A stretch of DNA of 63,946 nt, from positions 105,825,730 to 105,889,675 of the forward strand of contig NC_068986.1 of NCBI RefSeq assembly GCF_001194135.2, read 5' to 3'. The notes beneath the pieces are model-generated. The model worked only from the letters and a program-made list of their open reading frames with translations, made no database searches and had not been told where the DNA came from. Source of the DNA: Octopus bimaculoides. Lineage: Eukaryota. A program made the translations under genes and the position numbers. Position 1 is the first letter of the stretch, and each line of letters opens with the position of its first letter. Shown in pieces: positions 39,359 to 50,170 of the stretch.

Positions 39359-41411
39359 AAATGTGGCGAGCTGGCAGAACCGTTAGCACGCTGGACAAAA
39401 TGCTTAGCGGCATTTTGCCTGTCGCTACGTTCTAAGTTCAAATTCCACCGAAGTCGACTTTGCCTTTCATCCTTTCGGGGTCAATAAAATAAGTACCAGT
39501 TGTGTACTGGGTCGATCTAATCGATTCATCCCCACCTCCCCCCAAGCTGCCCTTGTGGCAAAAATTTGAAATATTTATTATTGTTTTTGTTCTTGTTTTC
39601 TAGTGTATGGAAAATATAATGTCTGACATTCTGAGGACAGCTTTTGCCTTGAAAAGTGAAGAAGGAAGGTAAAAATCATTATTTATTTATACACTTTTCT
39701 TCTGTCGACTTCTTAAAAGTTGTTCCATCTATCTCAGTCTCTGCCAAACATCAGGTCGGTAGGATCTGATTCTCTTCAAACTTAGAAGATTGTATTCAGC
39801 GAGGGAAGAAGTTCATTTTGATATCTTGCTTCTCACCTGTAAGCTGTTCTGTCTGTTGTAGCAGGTAGTGCCAATTGCATCCTGATCAAGCAGACCAATG
39901 GCATACAGAAAGCCAAATGGCTGGGTAAAATCCATAGATTTATAACAGCAGATAAATAATATGTCTGCTGAGCTGATGATCTTGCTGTGCACTTCAAAAT
40001 GCTGTGCTTATTCATGTTGGATTCAGTGTAACAGTTCGTACTTGTGCTCTCTCCGTTCTCCATTTTTTGTACTGTCTGTAGATTCTGGACGTGCGTGCTA
40101 AGGTTGCCTTGGCCAGCGCATACCAATCACTGTTCCTCTCTGGAGATGTTTATCCCAAAAACAGTTACAAAGGTTATTAAAGCTTCTGTCTTATGATTGT
40201 CTGGAGACTGAGTAGGAGAAATGGCACCCCATGAATTGGACCCATGCTGGCACCACATAAAAGTACTTGTACACTGTAAAGTGGGTGGCGCTGGCATGGG
40301 CAGCCAGTCCTAGAAACCGTGTCAAAACAGATGATTGGAGCCTGGTGTAGCCGTTTGGTTTATTAGCTCTTGTCAAACCATCCAACCCATGCCAGCATGG
40401 AAAACAGATGTTAAATGAGGAGGATTGTCATAGTGTAAGGTGGTGGTCATCACTTATCATTTTAATGTCCACTTTCCTTTGTGTGCATCGGTCACACAAT
40501 TTGTTGAGACAAATTTTCTCTAACTGGACGCCCTTCTGTCACCAACCCCCACATGTTCCCATGTAAAGTGTTATTTGCTCTTGGCCAAACATTGTTTACA
40601 CTGAAGATTTGACACGAAGAACAAAGCTTGTGTGATTATGATGCTCATTTACAACTATTACAGTAATGTGAAGACGAGTAAAATACTAAATTCTTCGTTA
40701 TTTAAAAAAAATTAATTGAAACAAAAGCAGTGTACATTATTTACAGTGGACGGATAGGTGTCCTAGTCTTGTTTGTTGCTATCACAACGTTTTGGCTGGT
40801 GTACTCTCCAGCCTTTATCAGGTGTTCTGGTGGAATTTTGAACCCAGCCCTTTATTTGACTAATGAGGTACACTATTCTCATTCCTAAGGTATGTTGTTG
40901 ATATTACTTTCCTGTTGATATTACTTTTAAGTCCCTGCCTGGGATTTAACTTAGAATCCGGGTGTTAGTAGCCCGCGCTCTCATCCACTACACTATATGC
41001 CCATGGGCATATAGCGTACATAATTCCTCATGTCAAAAATATAGAATAAAAGCAGTGTATTTCAATGAAAATATGGTAACAAAAGGACTAAAGAGTCCTA
41101 GTAAGGCTACACTTCTCTGACAGAAAAACTATTTCTCTTTGCAAATTTTGCTTGAAGTATAAGGTGTGATGTGTTAGGTCTAAAAGCAACAGTTATATCC
41201 TTATAAAAGAGTACTTTAATGCAATCACTTTCGTATCTCCTTCTTTTACGACAGGTATCCAACAGAGCTTTCCTTGCAAGATATCCACAAAGCATTGACT
41301 AGTATACCAGCTTGTGACTTCTTGACCAATTCTAATCTCGGTCTTGTTGTAGACTCCGACCACACTCAACCTTCAGTTGACCACAATAAAGAGAAACATG
41401 GTATTACCTGA
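12674..41411 (+). CDS. YEATS2: YEATS domain-containing protein 2 (ATAC complex acyl-lysine reader), full gene: join(12674-12767,15074-15171,17889-17981,20047-20259,22739-22836,24368-24529,25748-25859,28397-28441,29980-32906,34244-34400,35758-35902,37230-37409,37520-37638,39208-39282,39604-39668,41255-41411); 4740 nt, 1579 aa
   Basis: Manual splicing gives one open frame with GT-AG junctions and matching phases. Recognisable YEATS2 motifs occur in order: [36 protein letters not shown], the YEATS domain, [23 protein letters not shown] and the C-terminal DFLTN. Confidence 0.95.
13029..13560 (-). mobile_element. RTE LINE 3'-UTR fragment with a (GAT)n tail. Further copies at about 13655-13835, 17100-17475, 18750-18910, 19085-19420, 20990-21420, 22880-23130, 23190-23600, 27540-27830, 29690-29850, 36740-37085, 38390-38615, 40240-40420, 57035-57200, 60400-60510, 62930-63000
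   Basis: The recurrent catcatcatcgtttaacgtccg...ggatgcccttcctaacgccaacc block is contiguous with the RTE ORF end at 49345-50170. Confidence 0.85.
14230..14665 (-). mobile_element. SINE family A, two tandem copies
   Basis: Two successive gatgaaaggcaaagtcgacc...gaaataccgctaagcatt blocks. Confidence 0.8.
15074..15171 (+). CDS. YEATS2: YEATS2 coding exon 2 ([32 protein letters not shown])
   Basis: tttacag acceptor, gtaagt donor, phase 1 to 0; coiled-coil region similar to vertebrate YEATS2. Confidence 0.9.
15211..15587 (-). mobile_element. tRNA-headed SINE family B (head ggcgcaggagtggctgtgtggtaag), full length
   Basis: A/B-box-like head, CORE-like ccttgggcaagtg block, internal (TA/TG)n and conserved tail; matches the copies at 33721, 35978 and 55288. 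Confidence 0.88.
16177..16554 (+). mobile_element. SINE family C, full length
   Basis: tRNA-like head ggcgcaatggcccagtg..ggtttcgattccc followed by the shared body. Confidence 0.85.
16570..16920 (-). mobile_element. Old LINE (RTE-like) ORF2 fragment
   Basis: Degenerate [19 protein letters not shown], resembling the post-RT FKYLG..F..DG..E.EI motif. Confidence 0.45.
17889..17981 (+). CDS. YEATS2: YEATS2 coding exon 3 ([31 protein letters not shown])
   Basis: Poly-T tract plus gcag acceptor, gtaaat donor, phase 0 to 0. Confidence 0.9.
18341..18660 (-). mobile_element. Chimeric SINE: family C 3' body with a different tRNA-like head and CORE-like block
   Basis: The 3' ~170 nt matches family C; the 5' ~150 nt does not. 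Confidence 0.75.
20047..20259 (+). CDS. YEATS2: YEATS2 coding exon 4 ([22 protein letters not shown]...ELGQK)
   Basis: tttgttcag acceptor, gtaaga donor, 213 nt, HPAVKKYL motif. Confidence 0.88.
21711..22280 (-). mobile_element. Non-autonomous Tc1/mariner element retaining a transposase C-terminal remnant
   Basis: 27 bp TIRs (21711-21737 and 22254-22280, 2 mismatches), TA on both flanks; internal [23 protein letters not shown]...[12 protein letters not shown]. Confidence 0.88.
22739..22836 (+). CDS. YEATS2: YEATS2 coding exon 5 ([33 protein letters not shown]), start of YEATS domain
   Basis: taacacag acceptor, gtaaga donor; [16 protein letters not shown] matches the YEATS N-terminal strand. 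Confidence 0.92.
24125..24350 (+). mobile_element. SINE family A with an (ATT)n tail abutting the YEATS2 exon 6 acceptor
   Basis: Head ggcgcgcgagctggcagaa, central block, tail gaaaggattattatt. Confidence 0.85.
24368..24529 (+). CDS. YEATS2: YEATS2 coding exon 6 ([53 protein letters not shown])
   Basis: Core YEATS motifs THKW and FxLHPSY; donor gtaagt at 24530. Confidence 0.97.
25748..25859 (+). CDS. YEATS2: YEATS2 coding exon 7 ([37 protein letters not shown])
   Basis: PPF and GWGEF aromatic-cage motif; tcttcag acceptor, gtaagc donor. Confidence 0.97.
26860..27195 (+). mobile_element. SINE family B
   Basis: Matches other family B copies. Confidence 0.8.
27891..28049. repeat. Perfect 67 bp inverted repeat with a 25 nt spacer
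   Basis: 27891-27957 is the exact reverse complement of 27983-28049. Confidence 0.95.
28397..28441 (+). CDS. YEATS2: YEATS2 coding exon 8 ([15 protein letters not shown])
   Basis: ttctag acceptor, gtgagt donor; matches the YEATS2-specific [15 protein letters not shown] segment. Confidence 0.95.
29047..29312. repeat. Perfect 59 bp inverted repeat with a 148 nt spacer (left arm starts at an N gap)
   Basis: 29047-29105 is the exact reverse complement of 29254-29312. Confidence 0.92.
29980..32906 (+). CDS. YEATS2: YEATS2 coding exon 9, 2927 nt, about 975 aa S/T/P/A-rich low-complexity region
   Basis: tttatacag acceptor in frame with ORF 29914-32910; donor gtaag at 32907 (phase 2) joins exon 10 in frame. 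Confidence 0.88.
33721..34090 (+). mobile_element. SINE family B, full length
   Basis: Matches other family B copies. Confidence 0.88.
34244..34400 (+). CDS. YEATS2: YEATS2 coding exon 10 ([21 protein letters not shown]...[13 protein letters not shown])
   Basis: WNIGKRRA motif; tttag acceptor, gtaaga donor. Confidence 0.94.
34670..34981. mobile_element. hAT (Charlie-like) MITE
   Basis: Ends cagcgctacttaaac ... gtttaagaagtgcag; 8 bp TSD ttatataa / ttatatga. Confidence 0.7.
35045..35330 (+). mobile_element. SINE family A
   Basis: Head, central block and tail, followed by a partial second head. Confidence 0.8.
35758..35902 (+). CDS. YEATS2: YEATS2 coding exon 11 ([12 protein letters not shown]...[18 protein letters not shown])
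   Basis: WQRA and WCRxHxYTP motifs; aaatcag acceptor, gtaagc donor. Confidence 0.93.
35978..36360 (+). mobile_element. SINE family B, full length
   Basis: Matches other family B copies. Confidence 0.88.
37230..37409 (+). CDS. YEATS2: YEATS2 coding exon 12 (EKQLQQLQ...[19 protein letters not shown]...VDVISR)
   Basis: Of the nearby AGs, the acceptor tctcttgtttag (ends 37229) is the one that preserves phase; donor gtaatt at 37410. Confidence 0.8.
37520..37638 (+). CDS. YEATS2: YEATS2 coding exon 13 ([40 protein letters not shown])
   Basis: ccttaatag acceptor after a 110 nt intron, gtaaaa donor; KIKKE and YLP motifs. Confidence 0.87.
37797..38171 (+). mobile_element. SINE family C with a (CAA)n tail and a 15 bp target-site duplication
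   Basis: TSD atagatctagtttgt (37782-37796) / atagatctagtttat (38172-38186). Confidence 0.92.
39208..39282 (+). CDS. YEATS2: YEATS2 coding exon 14 ([25 protein letters not shown])
   Basis: ccctcag acceptor, gtatgt donor; start of the C-terminal histone-fold-like region. Confidence 0.88.
39298..39357. repeat. (ATT)n microsatellite
   Basis: Directly visible. Confidence 0.9.
39365..39570 (+). mobile_element. SINE family A
   Basis: Head ggcgagctggcagaaccgttagc and central block. Confidence 0.8.
39604..39668 (+). CDS. YEATS2: YEATS2 coding exon 15 ([22 protein letters not shown])
   Basis: ttttctag acceptor, gtaaaa donor; DILR motif. Confidence 0.87.
39760..40140 (-). mobile_element. Old RTE/BovB-like LINE C-terminal fragment
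   Basis: Degenerate W..LA....W and C..C...F....GL.SH-like remnants; heavily decayed. Confidence 0.35.
40781..40826 (-). ncRNA. Minimal type I hammerhead ribozyme-like motif, family 1 (Penelope-type), degenerate
   Basis: AACAC-CUGAUAA-A-GGCUGG(8)CCAGCC-AAAAC-GUU-GUGAU; G8 and G12 are mutated. Confidence 0.55.
41255..41411 (+). CDS. YEATS2: YEATS2 coding exon 16, terminal ([51 protein letters not shown])
   Basis: ttttacgacag acceptor; IHKAL...IP..DFLTN motif; TGA at 41409-41411. Confidence 0.92.
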
Positions 41412-42634
41412 ACAGATTCTTAGCTTCAATGCAACAACCATATTTGAAAGAAAGCATTCAGCAGGAGGGTGGTGGACCCCTGCTCATGTCTTCGCCTAAA
41501 GTTTTATTTTCCTAGTCTTAAAGTGCAAACTAAATGATGGTCTTCTTGTGTCACAGAAATATATAATATTATGTTATATTATATTATATTATACAATACA
41601 AGTAGTATTTCCTTGCATGAAGAATAGACTAGCTCGATTTCCATTCGTTCTTATATTCAACTGAGTAAATGAGACTGAGGAAGTAGAAGCTTCAGGAACG
41701 GGGTATGGTGGGGGAATTTCTTGAAGAAAATTTCTGGAGTTCTAGCTTAATTTACGTTACCTCAGGGAGGAGACACTTGTGTGAGTGTGAGTGTGAGAGA
41801 GAGATTGAAGCAGATGGTGGTGGTGTTGATGATAGAGCAGGGAAAAAGGACTCTTGAGCTTGAAAAAATAAATATATATATGTATATATATATATATATA
41901 TAGCCGACTTAAATGCAGGGATTAAGTGTTGGGCTATTTGCAAACCTGAATTAATGGTTGGTAATACTTGAGATGGTACTTACGCGTGAACAATATGAAT
42001 ATGACTTCTAAAATGTTCATTTGTTTTTCCCACATGTCTAACAGTGTTTATATGTTATTGAGCTATATGATTCAATATATGTCGTTGTAGCTATAGACAT
42101 TGACATTCCATCTCAGGTGCGGGCATGCTGTACTCAGTTTTAACCCCTTTCTCGAGTTGTTCCCATTTTAGAGATGCTTAAGTCGAGTTGATTGGCTGCA
42201 CGAAGCAGATCAACTCTATATAGACCCTAGACATTTCTTTGTCTCCCTCATGTCAGTACGTAGGAAATATTTGGAAATCTGTGTAGAATTACGTTGAACG
42301 TATGAGATTAGTGATTGATTATTACAAATATGTGTTGTATGATAGGTTTGCATTGATTTAAGTTTCTGTGTAAATAGGTGTGACAAAAGTGTGGAAACCT
42401 GTTTTGTGATTTGTGTTGGAATATGTGAAAATATTCCAAGATTCTCCATTTAATAAAATACAACCAGAATGCTGCAGATGTTATATGTTAATTTGCTTGT
42501 GTATCTGAACAACTGTCTTGTGTTTTATAGTATAACATTAATATGGGGCAACATTCCACCACACACATACACATATATTTAATGCACACATGTGCACAGC
42601 CATATACATACATACATACACACATGTATCTATG

Positions 42635-42688
<54 letters not shown>

Positions 42689-44714
42689 TGCACACACACA
42701 CACACACATTTATACACATGATTCTGTGTATTTATATGAAGTGAATATTGTTTTGAGGATTGTATATCACCAATGAGTATGTCTAAAACAGAGAAACGTA
42801 CCTATTTCTAACATTTAATGCTTACACTAAATTCAGACCCTTTCATTTTATGCATCACTGCTCAAATAAAACTTAAAACTTGTCATTGAACTTCCACCTG
42901 GGATTGAACCTTAAATCTAAGGTTTCCAAATGACTCTACTGTAGCTATTAGACACTAATAACTCTTGATCCCGACTTTAGATATTATCTGTAGTTTACCT
43001 GTTGTATGGCGAGTATTATAGAGTAAGAAGTAAGCTTCTGTGTTTGATTCCTGATTTCAGCTAAATCAATGCATTTCCACTAATAATAGTGGTGAAGAAG
43101 TCATGAACATCATTTAGTCCCAGACATCTCCCTGATAAATTTGTGGCCTTCTGTCTCCTGGGTAAAACTATGCTTGGCCTTGATCCACTCTTTCAGGTGG
43201 ACATATATAGACATATACATATTTGTATACATGTGTTTGTTTCGAGTTCAAATTCCGCTAAAGTTGACTTTGCTTTTCATCCCTTTCCTGGGAGTTGATA
43301 AAATAAGTACCAGTTGATTACTGGGGTCAGTGTAATCCCTGAAATTGCTGGCCTTGTGCCAAAATTTGTAACCAATATATTCATGTATATACATACATAT
43401 ACAGATATACAAACACACACACACACACACATACATCTTGACTTGGCTTCGTGAGTGAAGATTTACGGTGGGGTTTGTCCATAACTGTTGCAGGTTTGTT
43501 GGTGCCCAACAAGTCTGTTTCAGAGCAAACGGGCACAGCCAGAGAGGGCTGCGTGAGAAGATAGGCTGATCAGGGCTGGTTGTAATGTCCTTGTTTTTCC
43601 TCCTTTTTTTCTCTTGTCTGCAAGCATGGTCCTGTAAGATATCTTCAAAGGAGAGAAGCTGACTGAATGACTTGAAACATTTAAATTTCTAGCATTTGGC
43701 TATCAATTGAAAACCCCATTTAGAAGAAGGGCTGGGGGTACAGTTATGATTTTTCATCCTCCAGTGGATTAAAACAACTGTTTGTAAGACACTTGTGTAT
43801 ATTCAATGAACCTTATTTCTCTCTCTAGAAACAAACAAAATAAAAAAAAATGAAATAAATAAACAGTTGGCCTTGTATCAAATCAAAAGAAAATACATGA
43901 AATCTTTTAATAACCACAACACAGCAGTTTATTTACTGCCTGCACTGAAAGACCCTCCCCCCTACCCCAAATGCTTGTTATTAATGTGATATTTATGTGT
44001 GTAAGTGTGAATGTGTATATTTGTGTTCAGCATGCAATATCCTTACTTTGAAAGCAAGTATCTGTTCCCACACAGTTCAGAATTTTCACCCCCCCCAATA
44101 ACTAAACTGATATTTTTCAACTACGGCACCTAATAAAAAAATAAAAAAAGTGAAAATAAAGTTGGTATAGTTATTAATTTCTAATGACTTTTTGGTTATT
44201 TCTTTTTAATTACATTTTTCAGTTGTTACACTGTGGTCATGATGGAGCATCGATTTGAAGAAGTTTTAGTTGAATCGATCTCAGTACTTTTTTTTTTTTT
44301 TTTAATCCCAGTTCTTATCTTATCAGTTTCTTTTGATGCACTGATAAGTTACAAGGACACAAACACAGCAGCACCAGTTGTCAAATGGTAGCAGGGAACA
44401 AATACACACACACACACACACACACAATAGGTTTCTTTCAGTTTCCATCTACAAAATCCACTCTCAAGTTGGCTTGAGATTATAGTAGAAAACACTTCTG
44501 TAAAGTTCCATAAAGTGGGACTGAACCTGGAACCCTGTGGTTAGGAATATATATGCACACACATAGGTCTTTTGGTTTTCATCTACAAAATCTCACAAGG
44601 CTTTGGATGGCCCTACAATGTAGTAGACTAAATATGAATTGGTAGGTAGTCGATATATATATATATATATACATACACATTTAGGCTGACACAGTTTATA
44701 TGTATATTCTTTTC

Positions 44715-45050
44715 TTTGTCGTTTGACTACGGCCATGCTGAAGCACCGCCTTTAGTCGAACAAATCGACCCCAGGACTTATTCTTTGTAAGCCTAGTACT
44801 TATTCTATTGGCCCCTTTTGCCGAACTGCAAAGTTACGGGGATGTAAACACCAGCATCGGTTGTCAAATGATGTCGGGCGGGTGAGGGGACAGACAGACA
44901 GACACACACACATATNNNNNNNNNNNNNNNNNNNNNNNNNNNNNNNNNNNNNNNNNNNNNNNNNNNNNNNNNNNNNNNNNNNNNNNNNNNNNNNNNNNNN
45001 NNNNNNNNNNNNNNNAAGCAAGCTACTTAGCACACAGCCACTCCTGTGCC
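44715..45050 (-). mobile_element. SINE family B spanning an N gap
   Basis: Tail lies before the gap and head after it. Confidence 0.8.
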
Positions 45051-46479
45051 TATATATATATATATTTATGTAGAAACACACACTCTCTCTCTCTCTCTCT
45101 CTGCACACACACACATGCGCGTGTATATATTTTTGCTGGATGAAATGCTTGGTGGTATTTTGCCTGTTGTTACATTTTGAGTTCAAATTCATCCTTTCAG
45201 GGTCGATAAATTAAGTACCAGTGAAACACTGAGGTTGATGTAATTGACTCGTCCTGCCCCCCAAGATTTCAGGCCTTGTGCTTCCAGTTGAAAGGATTAT
45301 TATTATTATAGCTTCAGAATTTATCCTGGTTTACCACATTCTGAGTCCTCCAAGGTCGACAAAATATAGTACCAGTTAAGTACTCACTTCAAAATTGTTG
45401 GATTGTGCCGAACTGTCGCCTCCCCCAATAATTTGGAAGAATCATTAGTGTGCAATGATAGTTCCTAACATAGCACACTTGTTACAAAGCAGTGTTTAGA
45501 CAAGGGGCCCAGCAAATTACCTCTCCATAGAATCGTTCATAACTTACCGACCCTCCCCACCCAGCTCACATCATATAAATTTACGAAACAATTAAAAAGT
45601 ACAATTAATAAAAAAAAAAAATTCTTTGCTTTAAATAACAATAATTCCTTCGTTCTTTTGTGTCTTTACCACTTTTCAATAAGAAATATTGGAAGAAATA
45701 TAAATAGGCGCAGGAGTGGCTGTGTGGTAAGTAGCTTGATTACCAACCACATGGTTCCTGGTTCAGTCTCAGATAACTTTGATATGTTTTGGCCAGTACA
45801 GGCCCAGGCCATGTCTAATTCAGTAGTAGCGCCACCTGGTGAAGTCTTTCAGTCATATATAGGGCACTATAGCCTACTCTAGCAAAGAGTATATATTAAA
45901 AAAAAAAAAAAAATGTTGATGGGCACCAGATTCTTTTGTTGTTAAAAAGTGGGGCACCGGAATTTTTTTTTTTTTAAAGTTGGACACCGGAAAAAGCGCT
46001 TGCGAAANNNNNNNNNNNNNNNNNNNNNNNNNNNNNNNNNNNNNNNNNNNNNNNNNNNNNNNNNNNNNNNNNNNNNNNNNNNNNNNNNNNNNNNNNNNNN
46101 NNNNNNNNNNNNNNNNNNNNNNNNNNNNNNNNNNNNNNNNNNNNNNNNNNNNNNNNNNNNNNNNNNNNNNNNNNNNNNNNNNNNNNNNNNNNNNNNNNNN
46201 NNNNNNNNNNNNNNNNNNNNNNNNNNNNNNNNNNNNNNNNNNNNNNNNNNNNNNNNNNNNNNNNNNNNNNNNNNNNNNNNNNNNNNNNNNNNNNNNNNNN
46301 NNNNNNNNNNNNNNNNNNNNNNNNNNNNNNNNNNNNNNNNNNNNNNNNNNNNNNNNNNNNNNNNNNNNNNNNNNNNNNNNNNNNNNNNNNNNNNNNNNNN
46401 NNNNNNNNNNNNNNNNNNNNNNNNNNNNNNNNNNNNNNNNNNNNNNNNNNNNNNNNNNNNNNNNNNNNNNNNNNNNNNN

Positions 46480-47058
46480 NATTTTTAAACTTCAAACTTC
46501 CTTTGTTTTCTATTTTGATAAATTCTCTCTGTTGAAAATTATATTTTTATATTTTAAATAATTTGCAATTTCAGGAAATATGTTTTTATATTAAATTTGT
46601 GTTTTCTACTCACGACTAGCTAGCGCGGACGCGCGAACTTTCGAGTAATAGATAGATAGATAGATAGAGAGAGAGACAGACAGACATATAGCTCGCTCCG
46701 GCCAGTCATGGTATTAGCTGTCAGTGGCCAAAGAATCGACAGGCCAGCAACAGGCATGCAGGCAGACAGGCAGACAGACAGATACTTCACTAGCAGGCAG
46801 TGAGCACTTTCATTTCTGACAGCTAATAGCATGATAGTGCCGAAATCTTTTAATTGACAATAAACCTATTTGTTAAATAAATGAATGTAAAAATATATGT
46901 TATTTTAAGCAAATATTTATGTATAAATTTCATAAGCGTCTATANNNNNNNNNNTATGTTATTTTAAGCAAATATTTATGTATAAATTTCATAAGCGTCT
47001 ATAAGGTAAAGCCTGAAATATAAAGGGGTCCGCAAGTCAAAAAGTTTGAAAACCCTTG
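46480..47058. mobile_element. Probable hAT DNA transposon right end
   Basis: The terminus gggtccgcaagtcaaaaagtttgaaaacccttg resembles hAT TIRs; the left end is not seen (gap). Confidence 0.3.
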
Positions 47059-48775
47059 CGCTACAGCACAAATGCCCCCATCCCTGCTATGGACTACTGC
47101 GTAAATACAAGTGCCCTTCCTCCTTAATTATTATTATTTTTTTTTTATAGTGTACAGTTAAAGCGATTTTGGATTGTAGGTCGACCGAATACAAAGTTCC
47201 CTCATTCAGTCCTACGACGAAGGGATCTGTTTTAGACCTCCCTTCTTCATTATATACATAGATTCTATTTCGTATTTATCATCCCAGGTCATCGCTTGAA
47301 TAACGTCATTAAACTATAGATAAGCGAAGAGGAGGTAACTGTTACTTGAGGTATTCATAGAAGCCACTTCCTAGTGTTTCTAATTAGAAGCGGCTTATTT
47401 GGACAGAAATAAAAGTAAGTCGTGTTTAATTTAATTTAATTTATTTTTTTACACTTGATCTATTCTTGTTTTATATAAAAGAAAAAACGAAAGTTAACTA
47501 TAAAGTTGAGAAGGAATGGGAAATTTATATAAGTTTTATAAAGTAATCAAACTTTTGAACATTTTTAATTCGGTCTCCGAAGAGATTTAAGTTTACGAGA
47601 AACAGGAGAAGTTTTTCTATATTGGGAAAGAAAGAAAGGAAAGTAATGTTTTTGCGATAAGCTGAATCTAAAATTAATAAAGCAGGTATAGTTATATAAT
47701 ATATATATAGTAGGCAACGGCATTCCTCAGTACAAAACGGAAGGGACCACACTAGAAAAGATATAATTACATTGATTCTATTTACAAATAAACCATCATT
47801 TTTGCATTAATTGAATGGTGTTAATTACGGTTTTATGGTATATTTTATTGTCGTGAAACAGAACACCTTAGGATTTTTGTAGATATTAGGGAGAATTAAA
47901 ACGTTGTGTAAATATTTCATGTGTTTGTTATTAAACTGATTTATCGTTTTATAATTATTTTATAAACAATAAAGCACCTGTTTTAAAATTCCTGTAGTCA
48001 TTTGAGAATTTAGCGTGTCGTTTCTATAGTGACCCCTTTTCAGAAAAAAACTTTTGTCTGTGCATACACATAGTAAAGTTATATAGATATGTATATATAT
48101 TCGTTGTGGAAATTTTTTTTTCTGTGGTTAGCTCGTATTCCCTCGTAACTTTCAGAAAAATCTGTAATTTCTAATGAAATTTTCTACAAAAACTTTTCAG
48201 GGTTTATAAATTAGGATTGTATCGGAACTTGATGTGAAAAGTAAAATAGTGAGCACACACACACACATACATACTGACACACATTACAAGTTTCTTTTCG
48301 AAATATGTTTCATTTTCTAGATATATGTGACGTATGTCTGTATGTGTAAGAAAACGCCATATTTGTTCTTTCATATTAAATTCCGATATAATCGTAATTT
48401 AAACACTCTGAAAGACATGAAAAAATTTCATGAAAAATGAGCCACTTTTCCTGAAAGTTATGAGGAAACAAAACCGACTCTTGTGAAGTTTCCGAAACTC
48501 CTCACCCCACTCTCGGAAAAATTTTATTATCACATATATTTCCGTATAATCAGACTCAACTGTGTATTTGTAGAAAATTTCATTAAAAAATAACCATTTT
48601 TCTGGAAGTTACGAGAAGACAAAGTCAGGGTGGGGCACATATGTAGGAATATCATAAACGGAATATGAAACCCGTTTGATATATAACACACACACACATA
48701 TACGCGCAGGCATAGTTGCGTGAAATATTTAGTCGGGTATCTAGCGCGAGCCGGGTGCGAAATTTTTTTCCCCAC

Positions 48776-48824
48776 GGGAGTTCCGGACCCCAGTAATGAA
48801 CTCATTTGCATACAGCCAACCAAT
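48776..48824 (+). promoter_or_regulatory. Putative promoter cluster: kappaB-like GGGAGTTCC, octamer ATTTGCAT, CCAAT box
   Basis: Motifs at 48776-48784, 48804-48811 and 48820-48824 lie in a locally CpG-rich, repeat-free patch; possible donor gtaatt at 48947. Confidence 0.4.
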
Positions 48825-49344
48825 CAGACCTCACCTTGGCCTTGTTGTCAAGTTAACAAACACACTCTACCAAATAAACTCAAGACGAAGGACGGTCTTG
48901 CAAGTCGACCGATCGCCAAGTTATGCCTGATTTTAGAAGGAGACAAGTAATTAGATAGATTTGCATCTATACCTATAATCGGATTTTGTTAGGGCCCCAT
49001 ATGGTAAAGATGTGGAGGGGAAAAATGTGGGTAGAGGGTGATGTACTAGCAACCCTCTCCCCTTACTGTTTTACAAAATAAACACAAATAGCCACGCAGA
49101 GGCAGCCATGGTTGAAACAAGAAGAACAAACATTATTAAAAGAGAAAAGAAGCATGGTCATTCCTTTACCAAGTGACCTTATCTTATTGCCTGACAGGGT
49201 GAAAATGGTCAAACTTTAAACCTCTGACTTTTTAAAAACATTTTTCTGGAAAAAATGAAATAACTCCAGCAGTGCGGTTTAGGCAAGTGTATTATTGCGT
49301 CAACGTCAGAGTAACCTGTGAACATCGAAGGAAGAAATATTTAC

Positions 49345-50170
49345 ATATCATCATCGTTTAATGCCTGCTTTACATGGGTTGGACACTCCGAGAGTGTAGT
49401 GGGTGCTTTTACGTGCCACCGTCATGAGGGCCAGTCAGGTGGTACTGTAGTGTTTTTTATGTGCCACCTGCACAGGAGCCAGTCCAGCGGCACTGACAAC
49501 AACCTCGCTCGAATGTTTTTTTCACGTGCCAGTAAGACAATGCTGGTAACGAGCACGTTCGAATGGTACTTTTTGTGTGCTGCCGGCACAGAAACCAGTC
49601 AGCTGCTCTGGCAGCGATCACACTCAGATGGTGCTGTTTGCACTCCACTGGCACGGGTGCCAGTCATCGAATTTGCGAATTTGATTTGACTTTGATTTCA
49701 CTTGCCTCAACAAGTTTTCGCAAGCAGAGTTTAGTGTCCAATGAAAGAAAGGTACGCATATGTGGGCTGGTTACACCCCTGGCATAGGCCACGTATTATG
49801 GTCTCACTTGGCTTGCCGGGTCTTCTCACACACAACATATTTCCAAAGGTCTCAGTCGCTAGTCATTGCCTCGATGAGGCCTAATGTTTGAAGGTCATCC
49901 TTCACCACCTCATCCCAGGTCTTCCTGGGTCTACTTCTTCCACAGGTTCTCTCAACCGCTAGGATGTGGCACTTTTTCACACAGCTATCCTCATCCATTC
50001 TTGCCACATGATCATACCAGTGCAGTCGTCTCTCTTGCATACCACATCTGATGCTTCTTAGGTCTAACTTTTCTCTCAAGATACTTACACTCTGTCGAGT
50101 ATGCACACTGATATTACACATCCATCAGAGCATACTGGCTTCATTCCCTGCGAGCTTACGCATGTCCTCA
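49345..50170 (-). mobile_element. RTE LINE 3' end: ORF2 C-terminus, 3' UTR and (GAT)n tail, contiguous
   Basis: LREKLDLRSIRCGMQERRLHWYDHVARMDEDSCVKKC...GRSRPRKTWDEVV runs directly into the abundant 3'-UTR repeat. Confidence 0.88.

Noticed and set aside
46896-47003. Exact 49 bp direct duplication across a 10-N gap
   Set aside because: Typical unmerged contig overlap (assembly artefact).
47480-47650. GAAA-rich stretches resembling ISRE/IRF sites upstream of the TIR gene
   Set aside because: Indistinguishable from purine-rich low-complexity sequence in an AT-rich background.
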